Below are positions 1 to 13,600 of a stretch of DNA of 64,000 nucleotides, piece after piece (position 1 is the stretch's first letter; every line of letters starts with the position of its first letter). Both the position numbers and the translations under genes were made by a program. This DNA comes from Phoronis australis (lineage: Eukaryota > Animalia > Phoronida), in contig NMRA01000327.1 in NCBI GenBank assembly GCA_002633005.1, forward strand, positions 438,407 through 502,406, given 5' to 3'. The notes beneath the pieces are model-generated. The model did not search any database and was not told the origin of the DNA. It saw only the letters and a list, made by a program, of their open reading frames with translations.

Positions 1-2116
1 TATCAGGTATAAAACATTTTTCAGATTATTTTCTTGAATTCACCCAGTAGATAGTATCAAATAGTGACACTGACAAAAGTTGGATACAACTGGATCGAGA
101 GATTTTATACAACTTAAGGGTCGAGTATATTAACTAGAACAACCGTTCCGTGAAACTTGTCCGAGTTAAGCAAAAATTCAACTTAGGCATGCCCGAGTTG
201 TGCAAGTTTTATTTCTGTCAGTATTTTATACTAACAGCAGCTTAAACTCTGCAACAAACTATTGGCTTTGAGTTTTGATTTCTACTCACCCTGTTGAAAA
301 AAAAATTGATGCAAATATTGTTTTGATGAAAAATAACAACGAGATGATACAACATTTCTAAGAAATTTTGCTCTCTAGCATGCCAAGAATTGTACGATGA
401 CACTTACTTTACCTCAAAATCCAACTGCTGCCTACTGGTTTTGTAATTGGCCCAATTATGCCGCACACCTAAAAGAATTGATGAGAAACAATATAGAGGC
501 AAGATTGTACAATGAAATTAAAGTTTTAGTTTGCAAAGGTCACATTTCTTGACTGATTTTCAAAATTCAAAAACTAGTAACCACGTGTACTTTTTACAAA
601 ATTTTCAAATATTCTATTAAAAGCTTTCAAGATAAAAATTTAAAAGATATTATTGTCACCCCTATGTGTTTATGATGGGTATGATTATCTAAAGAACAAC
701 TACATCAACAACCTGAGACAATGTACTGCAGAATGTCTTTGATCATAGTGGCAGAATCCAAGGTATGCAAACTGGTCGAGTTGCCCAATCTCAACTGGTG
801 ACGGTGTCAACGTACCATTCTTTTCATGAGACAGATGCTCTTGCACAGCGTTGGACATGCTTTTGGAGTATTAAGTAAACTTCATATCCTTACCTTTACA
901 AATTTTGCAGTAAAGGTAAATTGTGCAAATTTAACACATTCAGGTGTTGATTTGATAATAAATGATCTAACTTGCTATTTTTCTTGTTGTTAATCAATAT
1001 CAATATTGACCTGTCAGCAACGATACGAAGGAAATCGAAAGGTATCTCCCTTGTGGTCAATGTGAACACTTGTGTCTTCCAGTACGTTTCTTGGTATACT
1101 TTATGCTATATTGGTCAATTAAAGGTCCATTAGTCCAAGCTGTAGAGAAGCCAGATTGGGTTGAAAATAATATTCATTTGTTGATGAACACTCCACTGGG
1201 CTTCATGTATTAAATTCAATTAATGTTAACTTCACTGGCAAATTCATTATGCTCAACTTTGTTGTAGCTTTTCATTTAGTTTTCCTACCGCCGTGGATGA
1301 TTAGAAACATAGAACAAACCACTGAATCAACGTTTTGTTTTTAATTTATTAAATTATCTGTGCCAATAACTTGGCTTGTGGTCCTTTAATTACCAATGGT
1401 GTGGTGGCTATCCATTTTGTGACACTCAGTATGTTGTGGCTATCAGGAAATGCATGAAAAGTGCTTAGTTCTGACTTGTCATGCATAACTTGGAAAGTGA
1501 TAGTTTTCATATATGCGTTTAGTGAAATGAAAAACGGCAAATTGAACAAGATAGCATAAAAACGTGTAGTTTTGGGTGTGGTATTGTGAGTTCATACGTT
1601 TAGAATTATGCTTGGCAGCAACAAATTGCAAAAAATATTATTCATCTAGGTTTGTAAGTGAAACAAACTTGTGAAACACTTTAGAAAAACAAAGCATAAG
1701 TAAGAAGTAGGAATTAGCATTTATTGCATGTTTGGTTTTAATGTGTCAGGGTGGATAAATGTTTTGACAATGGTATTCTAACTGGCAATAAGGTCTTCAG
1801 TTCTATTGTGTAAATCTTGAGGACGCTCTGTTGACTTTGCATTACTGTGGTAGTATGTTGTAACCTACACTCCCTGTAGTTCACTGTAAACGAGTTGTTA
1901 TGTTCACTTGGCTTTAAGAGTCTGTTGTAATTTTCATTGTTTAAAAATGTGTCACAATGGCAGGTTTGGATGTTTTGTTAAAATCTGAAGTTTCTTGGAC
2001 CCTAGGAATAAATACTTTATATGCTCATGCATGTTGTAAATATAATGTCCATTCTGTCTCTGAATGCACTGAAGTGAGATGTCAATGAGCAGAAAACGAT
2101 TTGTTGTTTTTAACAG

Positions 2117-2284
2117 GAACGTCATGATATTACGTCATTCACATTAGAAGAAAAAATTGAAGACCTCCGAGCCAATATCCTTGAGCGACTGGATGAAATT
2201 AACAATTTAAAGAAGACGCTGAACTCAGAGTATGTGCCTGCTAGTGTCTGCCTTCACCTACAGAGTTGTGTCAAAGATACCGAG
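2117..2284 (+). CDS. Coiled-coil gene exon (168 nt)
   Basis: ttttaacag|GAA...GAG|gtatgc, open frame. Confidence 0.75.
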
Positions 2285-5200
2285 GTATGCAATTTTGATG
2301 TTCAACCTCTTCGTAAACAAAGTGATAATTAAATTTTGACTATATCTGTGAAGTTCATCTTGGAATATATCACATTGAGAAATTTATACTGCAAATATCT
2401 GCGTCAGTGTCCATGCTTTTCTCATGTCAAACTAAATGGCTTGCCAGGCCAACAAAATCAACCAAAAATCTAAATTCAAATTCAACAAAAACGTTTTATT
2501 ATGGATGCATACAATATATACGCACTGAAAGCTAAGGTCTTTACAGAAAATTGCGACCTGATACAGAGTACCGTATTCGCCTTAATAACCGCCCAGGGCG
2601 CTTAGAAAAGTTTGGTTCAGGGGGGGCGCTTATTATAACCCAAGGCGGTTGAAACCCGGTCTCCGAAACGGGTGAAATCGGAAGCTAAGATTCATCAAAT
2701 TTACGCTCTGTGACGGATATGTAATCTATGAAAGACTTTCAACAAAACTGTGGTGCATTGCTATCAAACTTTGCTGCTAAATTACGATCACTGTACAGAA
2801 AATTGTGCTGAAATCCTAGGATGAAAACTCGCCGACTGACTGCCTCGAAATCGCGGTCTTCGATATGGCAACTTTAGTGCTTGAATAAAAATGGTTTCGA
2901 CTCAAGCAAATTACCTGAAATCCTCATTAAGTTTTATAAGTAGCGTCTCTAAGATTTTTTAAGTTCCCGTGCAGTCTGGGTTAACGGCAGGTTTAAGTAC
3001 AAATCTGCAACATCGTGCCATCTACATGCATGATTGGCAACACGGCGAGAAAAATGTCTGAACGAACACACATGTTGTTGTCTTGTGACGTTTGTTTTGA
3101 AGTTCGTCTGCGACTAAGCGAGCGCGTGCGTGTCACCAGAGTTTATTTGCCAAAGCAGACCGTCTTTTGCCCAGAGCCACGCAATCTAACTAGCTAGATG
3201 TGTCTAAAGAAATTTGCACAAGCAGTAGGCCTAAACCAGAGCGTATTTCATTCAGCACTTGCCGGTCTCGTGCTAAAAACTTTCGACATTTGTCTCGGTA
3301 AGGCCCATATTAGTCGCCGTGTAGCTGGATGCTATCTGACAGTTATTTTCGGTGTAAGGGTGTGTAAGCATTCACTGTCAGTTGTCATTTTATCGGATAT
3401 TCGGCTCAAAAACGCCAATTATGGTTAATCAAACAATCCATCTCAAAAATAACGCAAACATGTTTTATAGTATTAGAAATTGTCGGAAATTAGTGCCAAC
3501 ATTCATTTCTTATCGATGCTATGCTACCCGTTTCATGAATGGATAGTTCCCGACTAATGTCTTTGATGACAAGTTCATGTATGTAGCGCGCGCTTCCTGG
3601 CCACGTGCGTTTAACACCGAGTTATTTTTGTTCATGAGACAGTCGATGTGTTTACTGAAGGGTCAGACCATAGTGAGACACGGGCGTCGCGAGAGCGTAG
3701 CGACGCTGTTGCGTTCTTTTTGAAGCGCTGCGTTACTTTGAAGTGTAAAGTCACGGCTAAATACAAAAGTAGCAGTGCCGCTGGTGGTCTAGAAGACCCG
3801 TGCAAAAACTTTTTGATAAATTGACGTTACTGTAGCCGAGTTTTAGGACTGTAGGTACGTCATTGTTCGCATGTACATGTTCATGGACTATTTCAGCAAA
3901 GTCTGAAAACGCGTGGGGGGGCTCTTATAGGGGCATGGGCGGTTATTACGGCGAATACGGTATGTGTTTTTTATTGACTAGACAATCATCTGCTTGCAGC
4001 ATTCCTCAACTCTCCGTTCCTGCTTTTTGCGAGATAGTCTTGCCTCAAGTTCTGCAAATCAGCACAGTTTCCACCGTTATTTCCCAATGCTGTGATCAAC
4101 ATGGAGAAATGTTTCTTTTCCAATTACAGTTCAGAAGCTAAGATACGAAAATAGACCGAGAAAACTAAAAAAATCATTGAAGCTTAAACGCCGTACTGCT
4201 GCACAACTGTTCAGGGAGTCTTTCAATTTTTAGATTAACGGATGGATTGTTTTCCGACAAACATTTGATATTATTAAATGGTTTAAATTAGTGCTTTAAC
4301 TTGTATATTCCACAAACTGAAAATTCTTTTCAATTTATTATGAAATAAAATTTTATTCAACACTTTCGCAGATAATCTTGTCACTTAACTGGCATGGGTA
4401 CCATGCTTGGCATACATACGACGTCACATAACAAGCCAGAGCACATGGCAACAAGATATTGCCGCGATGAAGCAAATAATTTATAGGCTATATGAGATAC
4501 ATAGGTAATCCCACATACATATAAGAATAATACTGTGACCTCCTATCTTGGCTTCATTTCATCTGGGAATGCAGTTCTAGAATTTTGGCTGATATTTTTC
4601 AACACATGCAAAACTCAGTAAGAAAAACATCAATTAGATAGTGCCCATTCAACTTATATGTTGGTAGGGTGCTGGGGTAGATACCAAATCGTAGCAAATT
4701 CTTTGAACTTGGGGTCAGTGGACTTCAATTTCATAGGATATGTGTGGCTAGGGTGACTGTTTTGAAGATTTAAAGCAACTGTCTTGAGACTTCCAATTAA
4801 AGTGCTCAACTCTGGTTTAAAGGATACTAAACCCTGTTTTGAGGATTTCCACCACTTCAAAATTTCCTTCAATAAGGGTTTTGTCGAGGGTTACGGAACA
4901 TTTTATTTCTTTTCAGAAAACTGGATACTTTAGGAAAGTTGTTTTTAGTATATGTTAATATAGGCCAAAACCGGGTTTGGTATCCTAAGCTTTTAATTTC
5001 ACACTTTATTTCCAAGCTCTTGTTATTTAATTGCCCATGGCATTAACCCGTGTCTAAGGTGATCTTCATGCTACGTGGCAACTAGCAAATGTGGCCATAA
5101 TCATTAGTGATGGAGGTAAAGTTCTAGCTTTGAAAATGTGTTGTTTATGGTTTACATGACAGCTGGTGTTTCATCTTGTTGTTAAAGCTAGTTTCACCTG

Positions 5201-6644
5201 TCCATATTTGGTGGCACTGAGAAGAAAACCCTTCTCTTGACAGAATTGGTGATGGGGGTACCCTTCTCTGTGTACAAAGTGACATGACGATTTATATAAT
5301 GTTCTATCACCATCAAACTGGAGAAATATATTTACAAGACACTTATGATTTCAGACGGAAGTTCAACGCCTAATAAAACACAATGAGCTAATTGCTAATG
5401 AGACAGAGGAATTGGAGAGGGAACTTGCTGAGTGCATAGAATTAGTTGGCGGCGATGAAGAGGATCAGGAACGAATGTGGAGAAAGGTGGGTTACCATGG
5501 GTAGTTTACAAATGAACGCACTGATCTGCTCTAATGGGACTCGAGTTGGTCTTGCACTAATGTCTGATAACCACTTAGCACAGAATATGGCATGCATGTG
5601 GGATTTTATTACTGTGAAATTTCTTAAGAAAAATAAAGTACATTTTCAACACAAGTATTAAGAAACAACATCCGACTCTCTCAATAGGCCATCGTTTGAA
5701 AAACCATTAAGAAACAATGTCTGATGAACATTTGGTTATCCATTGAAGTCATCTTTTTATAAATGGATTGCGTTATTTAGGGGCAAAGTAACTGAATTTT
5801 TGCTGGCCATATTAAATGGAGAAATCCATTTTGATCAAGTTGTGGTGGGTGAAGAATCCTTGTGATCAAAGAGGTCGCTTATCAACATTACCCATAATTA
5901 CTCTTCTAGAAGTCAATAGATTTTCGGCAAATTTTGTTGAATTGTCAAAGACAAGGAAGCCTTTTTTTTCTTTCAGATATTTAGCATGTGATTCAGTTAC
6001 TTTTAAGGTTGTGTAAGACCCTAGAAACTGTCCAACTGTGATGTTACTTTGAAACATATCTCAAAAATGGCTCATCAGATTTATTTCACACGAGATTTTC
6101 TCATAGTACTCTTTATGCTTTGCTCCCCAAAACACAGATTTTTTTTATTTGTTCCACCTTTGCACAAAAGGGGCAATCAAAAACAACTGTTATGAAAAAA
6201 TAATTAAAAGTAGAGCAAAAAGAAAACAAAATAATTTAGAAAACTGTAACATTGTTTTTGAGTGCATCTTGAACAATTATATCAAATGAAATTTGGACGT
6301 CTTATGTTAAATGTACCTTTCTTCTAGCAAACGTTCAAGTCACATGACCCAATGTATGAAAGATTGGAGTAAAGTTAAAATCAAAATCTACAGGCTTTCT
6401 ATTTTCAAAGAATACACACTGAGTTAATTTCTATGGTTTTGTCGACATTAGCGAATGTGGTGCCCGTTTGAAAGACAACAAATTTGTGAAGTTCTATTTA
6501 TTGTAAAAACACTTGATATTCCTTGTTTTGGAAGTTTCTTTAAATTATTTTTACTTCCAGATTGATGGAGATCCAACTGACCCTGGCTACTACTCCCCGC
6601 GATCAGAGGATGACGACAGCAAATGGGCATTCTACATATCCTAG
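2117..6644 (+). CDS. 3' part of an unidentified coiled-coil protein gene (exons 2117-2284, 5355-5486, 6561-6644; 5' end probably outside the window)
   Basis: Three stop-free phase-0 exons with canonical AG/GT sites join in frame: ERHDITSFTLEEKIEDLRANILERLDEINNLKKTLNSEYVPASVCLHLQSCVKDTE / TEVQRLIKHNELIANETEELERELAECIELVGGDEEDQERMWRK / IDGDPTDPGYYSPRSEDDDSKWAFYIS*. E/K/L heptad pattern; AATAAA at 7051. Confidence 0.75.
2571..3960. mobile_element. Non-autonomous Tc1/mariner (pogo/Tc2-like) DNA transposon, 1.39 kb
   Basis: TIR CCGTATTCGCC(T/G)TAATAACCGCCCA at both ends, flanked by TA (2569-2570, 3961-3962); no transposase ORF. Confidence 0.85.
4817..4988. mobile_element. Short MITE, possibly TTAA-targeting (Kolobok-like)
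   Basis: ttaaAGGATACTAAACCCTGTTTTG ... CAAAACCGGGTTTGGTATCCTaa imperfect inverted termini. Confidence 0.45.
5355..5486 (+). CDS. Coiled-coil gene exon (132 nt)
   Basis: tttcag|ACG...AAG|gtgggt, open frame. Confidence 0.75.
6561..6644 (+). CDS. Coiled-coil gene terminal coding exon
   Basis: tttttacttccag|ATT...TCC TAG. Confidence 0.7.
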   Translation: MDGDPTDPGYYSPRSEDDDSKWAFYIS

Positions 6645-7050
6645 ACACGCTACAGTCCGCTGTAGAAATGTATAGGATCTACTAAGATCTTGAGACTGAG
6701 TGGCAGCTATTAAGCCATTAACTTATCAAAGACATAATATGTGCTGGGCATACTATACTTACAAAATGTTGCATAGTGTATCAATAGAGCAACTGTGCTG
6801 AGAATTTTTGTGTTTTGGCCACGGAAGAGTATGCAGTATGGAAGATACATTAACAAGGACAATTATCACGGCCTCATGAACATTTGTTATTAGTGCTCTG
6901 TAGTTGACGCATTGATTTTGCTTTGCTTAGTGATATATCATGAGGTCAATGTGTTTTAATTTGTATTTTCACAAAATGAACATGATAAGATCCTGGCATG
7001 TTTTCAATTTTATTATAATTTTACTGTTAAATACAGTCTCAAAAACATGT

Positions 7051-7056
7051 AATAAA
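7051..7056 (+). terminator. Candidate polyadenylation signal of the coiled-coil gene
   Basis: AATAAA ~400 nt after stop codon. Confidence 0.4.
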
Positions 7057-7539
7057 TAACAACACATTTGCTATTTTCATCAGCTTAAAATCGTTGCATC
7101 TTTTTTAAAAATACTCCTTTGTATCAACTTGCCCACTGAGCCTATCAGTTGACCAGTTTGAGGATCTTTATGCAGTGCTTGGCCATCAGGATATGCTTAC
7201 AGAAATTTGAATATACTAATGGGCCAAGCGAGTACCCAAGTTCCTGAACCTTTTAAAATGACTTGTACCCAGTTATCCATCAAGGAACGGGCACTAATAG
7301 CGACTGAATAGGGGCTGGTTTAATAGTGCATGCTCAGGATATAGACTTGTCATCTCTCTCCTTAGTAGTAATAATCACCACTCCAAAGATTTGAAGCACA
7401 AGCACTGTTCTTTTAATAAATAATCCATCTGGTAGACTCGGTAGTGGAGCAAAAGTTCTCTTTTGCTGGTAAGGACCACCACTTGGGATCTGAACCAGCC
7501 ATGTCTCTGGAGATTCGAAAGACAGGAGACCACACAAAG

Positions 7540-7665
7540 TCATCTTTTGGTTCCTTCCAGTAGTCTCAGAGGTGCAAATACCCTCGTTTTGTTGGTCTCG
7601 GCTATTTGTCCATTCATGATCATTTCATCCAGAATGAGGTGGACCTTGTCTAAATTAAACATGAG
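7540..7665 (-). CDS. AP4S1: AP4S1 terminal coding exon
   Basis: cttcag|CTC ATG TTT AAT...AGA TGA. Confidence 0.92.
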   Translation of the reverse strand, partial: LMFNLDKVHLILDEMIMNGQIAETNKTRVFAPLRLLEGTKR

Positions 7666-10600
7666 CTGAAGATTGACAGTTAAGGAAATACTGCGAGGAG
7701 GTTTGGAAGATTGCATAAAAATCATGAAAAGATTCATAAAACTGAACAAAGTATGATAAGCTTTTTTAAAAAAAATCTTTGAATTAAATTATTAGGCATA
7801 GATGCATTTTTGCACACAAAAATCATACCTATAAAACTGATCAAGGTATAAATGACAACTGGATGAAGAAATGTTACGAACATTACACAGCATCACAACT
7901 GTCATTAACAAAAGGCAGATTTCCTTCTAAAGCAATATTTTAACAAGGATACATCAATTTCACTCTGAAAAATAAAAATAAATCAATTCATGATTTGAAG
8001 AGTAACTGCACAAAGATTCCAGCAAAAATGGAACATGACAAATCATAGATTTTGATGACATACTGTTATTTTGTGAAAACAAACTGCCACAGTTTTCAAT
8101 AAAAAAGTTGCAGTTTCTTGGAAAGCTGGGCCCCTGCAAATCTGTGATTTGTTAGATCAGGTGTCATGAGGGGTTTTCATCAGTAACCGTTTCTAATAAA
8201 TGAAATAAAAGCACTACAAAGACACAACAGTAACAGTATTAAATTTAATGATCTTTGTACCCACCTGAAGCAGAATTCTTGAGTCATTATAACATTTAAA
8301 AATGTTATTAAAGTCATATGATCCGTTTGTAGACGTTTTAAAAACATCGTGAATCTGCATAAAAACCATTGAAACATACTCTCTGACACTTAATTAGAAC
8401 TTTTCGTAAGTATGGGGTCGATCTGCTGCCTGTACATATTTTTTCTTTTATTTTTTATTTTCTTAAAATCTGCGTGATCAAAACAAACGAANGCAGTTTC
8501 TTGGAAAGCTGGGCCCCTGCAAATCTGTGATTTGTTAGATCAGGTGTCATGAGGGGTTTTCATCAGTAACCGTTTCTAATAAATGAAATAAAAGCACTAC
8601 AAAGACAGTAACAGTATTAAATTTAATGATCTTTGTACCCACCTGAAGCAGAATTCTTGAGTCATTATAACATTTAAAAATGTTATTAAATGATATCCCA
8701 TATAACAGTGAAAATGTTGCTTTTTGAGATATATGTTACAGATTTCCCAGAATATTTCCCTTTACCTGACTTACTCATGCAGTGACTCATAATACAGTTT
8801 AGTTATAACTCTGGCTGGTATATTGTGAATAATGTGTGCAATTTGTAGCATTCTCCCAATACACCTGTCCACCATCCTACAGTACATTGGCCAGCATGAC
8901 AAATTTCCAATTTATTAATCCACCTTACAAAAACACAAGCACAACAGATCTATTAGTTCACAGTATTGCACGAGTTATCAATAAGTACGCTTATTTAGCC
9001 AAATATCTACAAAACTATAGATTTTAACTCACTTGTTATTAATCTGTCGTTAATTTGGTTGTGTGAACAATCACGTATTTTAGTAACATTGACAGCAAAA
9101 AGGTGTCCACAGTATGGCCAAACTTCATTTGATGTAATGTTCAAGTTAGACGAAATGTCAGTTTTTTAGAGTATAATTTTGTATTTGCTTTATGCCACCT
9201 TTGAGTTTTTTTCATAAATATAGTAAAAGTCCTTTTTTGATATCCCTCATGCAACTCCGGGTCAGGTAACACCCGAGTGTAAGTAGAATTTACAGTCGCT
9301 GTTAAGTAGTGGCTGGTCATGGCTATGATGGTGTGTCAAGTACTCTGTCATAAAGTTACATGTAACAAAGTGGTAGCTCTGTAATGGAAATGACAATTTA
9401 CGACCAGTCATACTTTATATTCACTGTAAGAGCTAAACTAAATGCAATGATAGAGAAATGGTGTTATAATACTCCCATAACTACTTTTGAATGTACAGTA
9501 AGTTCTAACCTAATGTACTTTCTTACCACTCTGTCGAAGTAATCATTCAACATCTCAACCAAACACTGGATGAATTCAAACATAGCCATCTCGTTCTGCA
9601 ATTCAAAAACAGAATATTACATAAAACTAGGGCCACATTACTTAATAACATTACATGTGGAGAGACATTATATTTTTATTCCTGTTTCAGTTTCAATCAC
9701 GGCTTTTTCAAATACAAGGTTTTGTGAATTCAACTAGTATTTGAAAATATTTGAAGAAATGTAACTTAGAGTTAAAAATAGCAATCCAACTTCGCTTTAA
9801 ACTATAGATGGACTTAACAGCGAAGCGATGTCATGCTTCAGAGAGATGTGAAAGGATAACTTCAGTGTCCCTAAAGTTATACACATATGTCACTACCTAT
9901 AGCAACATGTGTTGTGTTACCATTTGATAGTGTCTTATTCAGATAACACAAGATTACTTCACTACCCAAACATATATGTATACAGTAAACAAAGTTAATG
10001 ACATGTAAATTACATGATTCTTCAGTTTTCCAACAAGGGCCTGTGGATGTAAGATTTGAAAGTGTAGCAACACTGCTGACAAACACGAGCGTCAGCGAGT
10101 TCATGCAGCGGTACCATCATGAACAGGATTAACCATTCCAAATGATATTATGACTGGACATTTGTGAAAAATTCATAAAGCATGGAGTGTAATTTCGTGT
10201 TTACAAGGAGACCGATTGTTTCATATGCTTTTTTGAAATTTGTACACTCAAGGTCATACAACAGAAAAAGATTGGCAAGAACGAAAACTTGTGGCAAAGG
10301 ACTTACAAGAAAGACTTAGATAAACTTTTGTAGCTCAGGGAACAAAGAAACAGAATCTAGGTGTTCCATGACAAAAAAATCATTGTGGAAATTCAAATGC
10401 AGTCACGTGATTATGAATACCTGAGCACCACATTTGTGCATGTAGTAAGATTGTATGATCAACGATTTGATAAATACATAGTTGTATGTGTCTAACCTAA
10501 GAAATTTGATCCTTGTTATCGAAGGTAGCCCAGTACTTTTTAATCTAAGAAGTCAAAACATCTTGGTTTTGATTCAAATTTCAAAACTTAAAAGCAAAAA

Positions 10601-13600
10601 TATCCTTGTGAGTTTAAAGGTTTTAACAGGGTGACAATAAGTCTCCACCCTAAACATAAAGCACACATCTTGCCTAATGAAAACAATAACTGCTGTGTTG
10701 AGTTACTTTCAGAGCAAAAACTACACTAAGGTTTAAATGAACTTTTAAAAGGCAACGCAACAGTTCAAGAAATTACATTTAGTGTAAATGCAGATCTCTC
10801 GTTAAGCCAAAAAAGCACACGTCAGTTGCTTCTGGTATCTTAGAATGGCACTAACCGTCCGCGCTAAGAAATTAAAACTGAAAAATGTCTCTTCAAGATA
10901 ACCAGTGATTTGTATTTTTACGGTCCATAACATAGGAATGGTTGCTTTCTCCATTTAAGGTACACTTTTGCCATAATAACTAAATAACCCTACTGAGCCA
11001 CATTTTTGGTGACCACCACTGAACTATAAAATGATAAGAATCTCTTAGTGTTGTGAAAAATCCTCTATCCTGGTACAAATTTCAAATTCTCTATAGCAGT
11101 CACTATGAAACACATGTTGGAGATAACAGTTTCTGTACTACTACTACTAACCTCACTCTCATCAACACCAAGAATGAAGACAAGAGCCCCATATCTTCTG
11201 TAAACAAGCTGTATGTCTTTGTAATTCACAAAACAACACTGAAAAGAAAAATTAGAATGTTGGTTACCTCAGACTCCTCACAAATTTGACTAACTGGAAA
11301 ATTATGGCGCTCTTATGCATCAGCTTTCAGTGTCATGAAGCAGAGTTAATTTCATTTTTTCGCCAATTATTCAATCAACTTTTCTTCTACTATAAGCTGG
11401 CACACGTCAGAACAAATTACTGGAATTGGTTTCCCTTCGTTATAAATTTTTAGTATTTTAATACCAGCGAACTGAATTGCTTAGGAAACTTTGCTCCGGT
11501 AAAGCTGTCATCTCCTGAAAGATGTCAAAAAAAATTTAGCAAATGGTGCATGCCCATGTCATGAACATTGTTAAAAAAGCCAGAAAATTGTACAAGAAAA
11601 TGACATTCATCATATTGTTCTTCCATTAAAAGGCTGTAATGCCAGGCAATGCAAGTGTTGGTTGACTCCTAGATTGGTTAAAACTACAGGTTGATATTAA
11701 CTTCACAAGGAGGCAATGAGCAGAATTAGATGGTGTGAAATTTCAAAGCATAACATGTGAAGTTAACAAACATCAGGCTACCCCTGCAGCCAGCTAGCTG
11801 TATGAAGACTAAAGTCAAACTACAGCTAAGACCTGCTGTGCGAAAACTTCACATAGACCTCGAATTTTCACACTGTCCCGGTAGTTTTGCTCGTCACCTT
11901 GTCCCGAGACCTACATTAACGACTAATGATTGAAGGGTTGCATGCAGAACCTGAAAGTCAAGCAACACTTAAACGTTCACCAGTTACATCCGTTTAAGTA
12001 GAAAACAGTCTAATGTCACTCCCTAGGTTGTGTCGCTTTGCGGCTATTGTAACCAAGGAAAGTCTGTTGTTGACTAGAAAACAATACACTAATGACATGC
12101 GCATGGGCCTGTTGCAAATTTTTTGCCACGTCTTCCGAGAGATGGTGAAAACTCAGACTCTTGCTCAGAAATTTGTTTGCTGATACTAATAACACTTTTA
12201 AAATAAAGTGAAACTAATTTCATTAATTTTTGTGAAGTGTACATGACCTTGTTTATGAAAAACAGGTGACTGAAGAATTGTTCAAAAAAGAAATTGACCA
12301 AAATATGGAGTGAAGCTCTATTTCACGTCTTCATGGCTGAAAGCTCACGCATCTCATTCCCTGTAAATTTAGCAGGAGAATAACAGTTCAACACTAAGTT
12401 TTTTAGCCCTCGTAACTAATTTATGAACAGGGCAGTTACTTTTTAATGAGGTTAATTTTGTGTCAGATTTTATTTATTAATAGCGCTTATTTTACTCACG
12501 TCATAAAGTGCGGCCCTGATAGAAAGTGTAAACATATACAAACTTGTACCGATGTCCCAACTAAAATCTGGCTCAAAATTAATGTTATCAAAAAATACAA
12601 TTTTCCTGTGTTAAAATATTTGGTCTTCTTTCAGTGCATGAAATATAATGTCACCTGTTGACCATGTAGTTTCGTTTTTTGACAATTCTGTAATCATATA
12701 TTATTCTTCTTCGAGGTTGTGTACATTTCGCAACAAATTACTGGAATTTGTTTCACTTTGTTATAACTTTTTAGCATTTTAATAAAAGTAAGTAAATTTC
12801 AGACCAAATTTTACTTTTATGAAGCTGTCTATTCTGAGCTTGGCTATTCAAAATCCAGAGGGGGTAATGTCTTCTTAGTCAGGACCATAAAGTCTTTGTT
12901 AAGCTGTGTTTTTTTGCACAATCTAACAGGGGTGACTAAGACCAGGGTCCACAAAGAATGGCTTTAATGGACATTGCATGTCAATTTCAAAATATCAATT
13001 GTGTGCGACAGACACCCATGATTTACAATTGTCCACAAAATTCCAGGAAAAGGTTGTCATTTTCAGAAGGACCTCTCAGATCCGTAAAAGGCAGGCTGTT
13101 TGTTGGCAGAGTGGACAATGAGGTAACCTTAGCAAGCAAACACCCCCAAATTGAAATTGAATACGTGCAATTAAGCTGGCTGGTATGCATGACAAGCGTG
13201 ATTAGCTCATGATGCACTCCACAGCCAGGTCAGTCTCTCTGCTGACCAGAGAAAAGCATCATTTATCGGCCATTGCTAATTGTTAGGCATCACTAGACTG
13301 AGTACATCTTCCGGAAACTGTGCATAATTGACACACCAACGGTAGCCGTCGGCAGTGGCTATGAACCTGAAAAGTTAACCTGTGCAAGCATACACACCCG
13401 AAGGCGAAATTAGTGTAAGCTGTTGTGCTGTGCAGCAATACAGTAGCATACCATCGAGGTGTGCGTGCACCCTGCATTCGCCAGGCAGAAGAATGCCTTG
13501 GCCTGACGACACTGCTAACGGCTATCCATTATGATATTGAGTGCTTCTTACCTACCTCTCTCTGTCAGCGGGCGGTGATGTGTGGATGGAATTGAATTTC

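Noticed and set aside
690-762. Possible upstream exon of the coiled-coil gene ending ...GAATCCAAG|gtatgc
   Set aside because: The donor is plausible but there is no convincing acceptor or polypyrimidine tract, and the peptide is uninformative.
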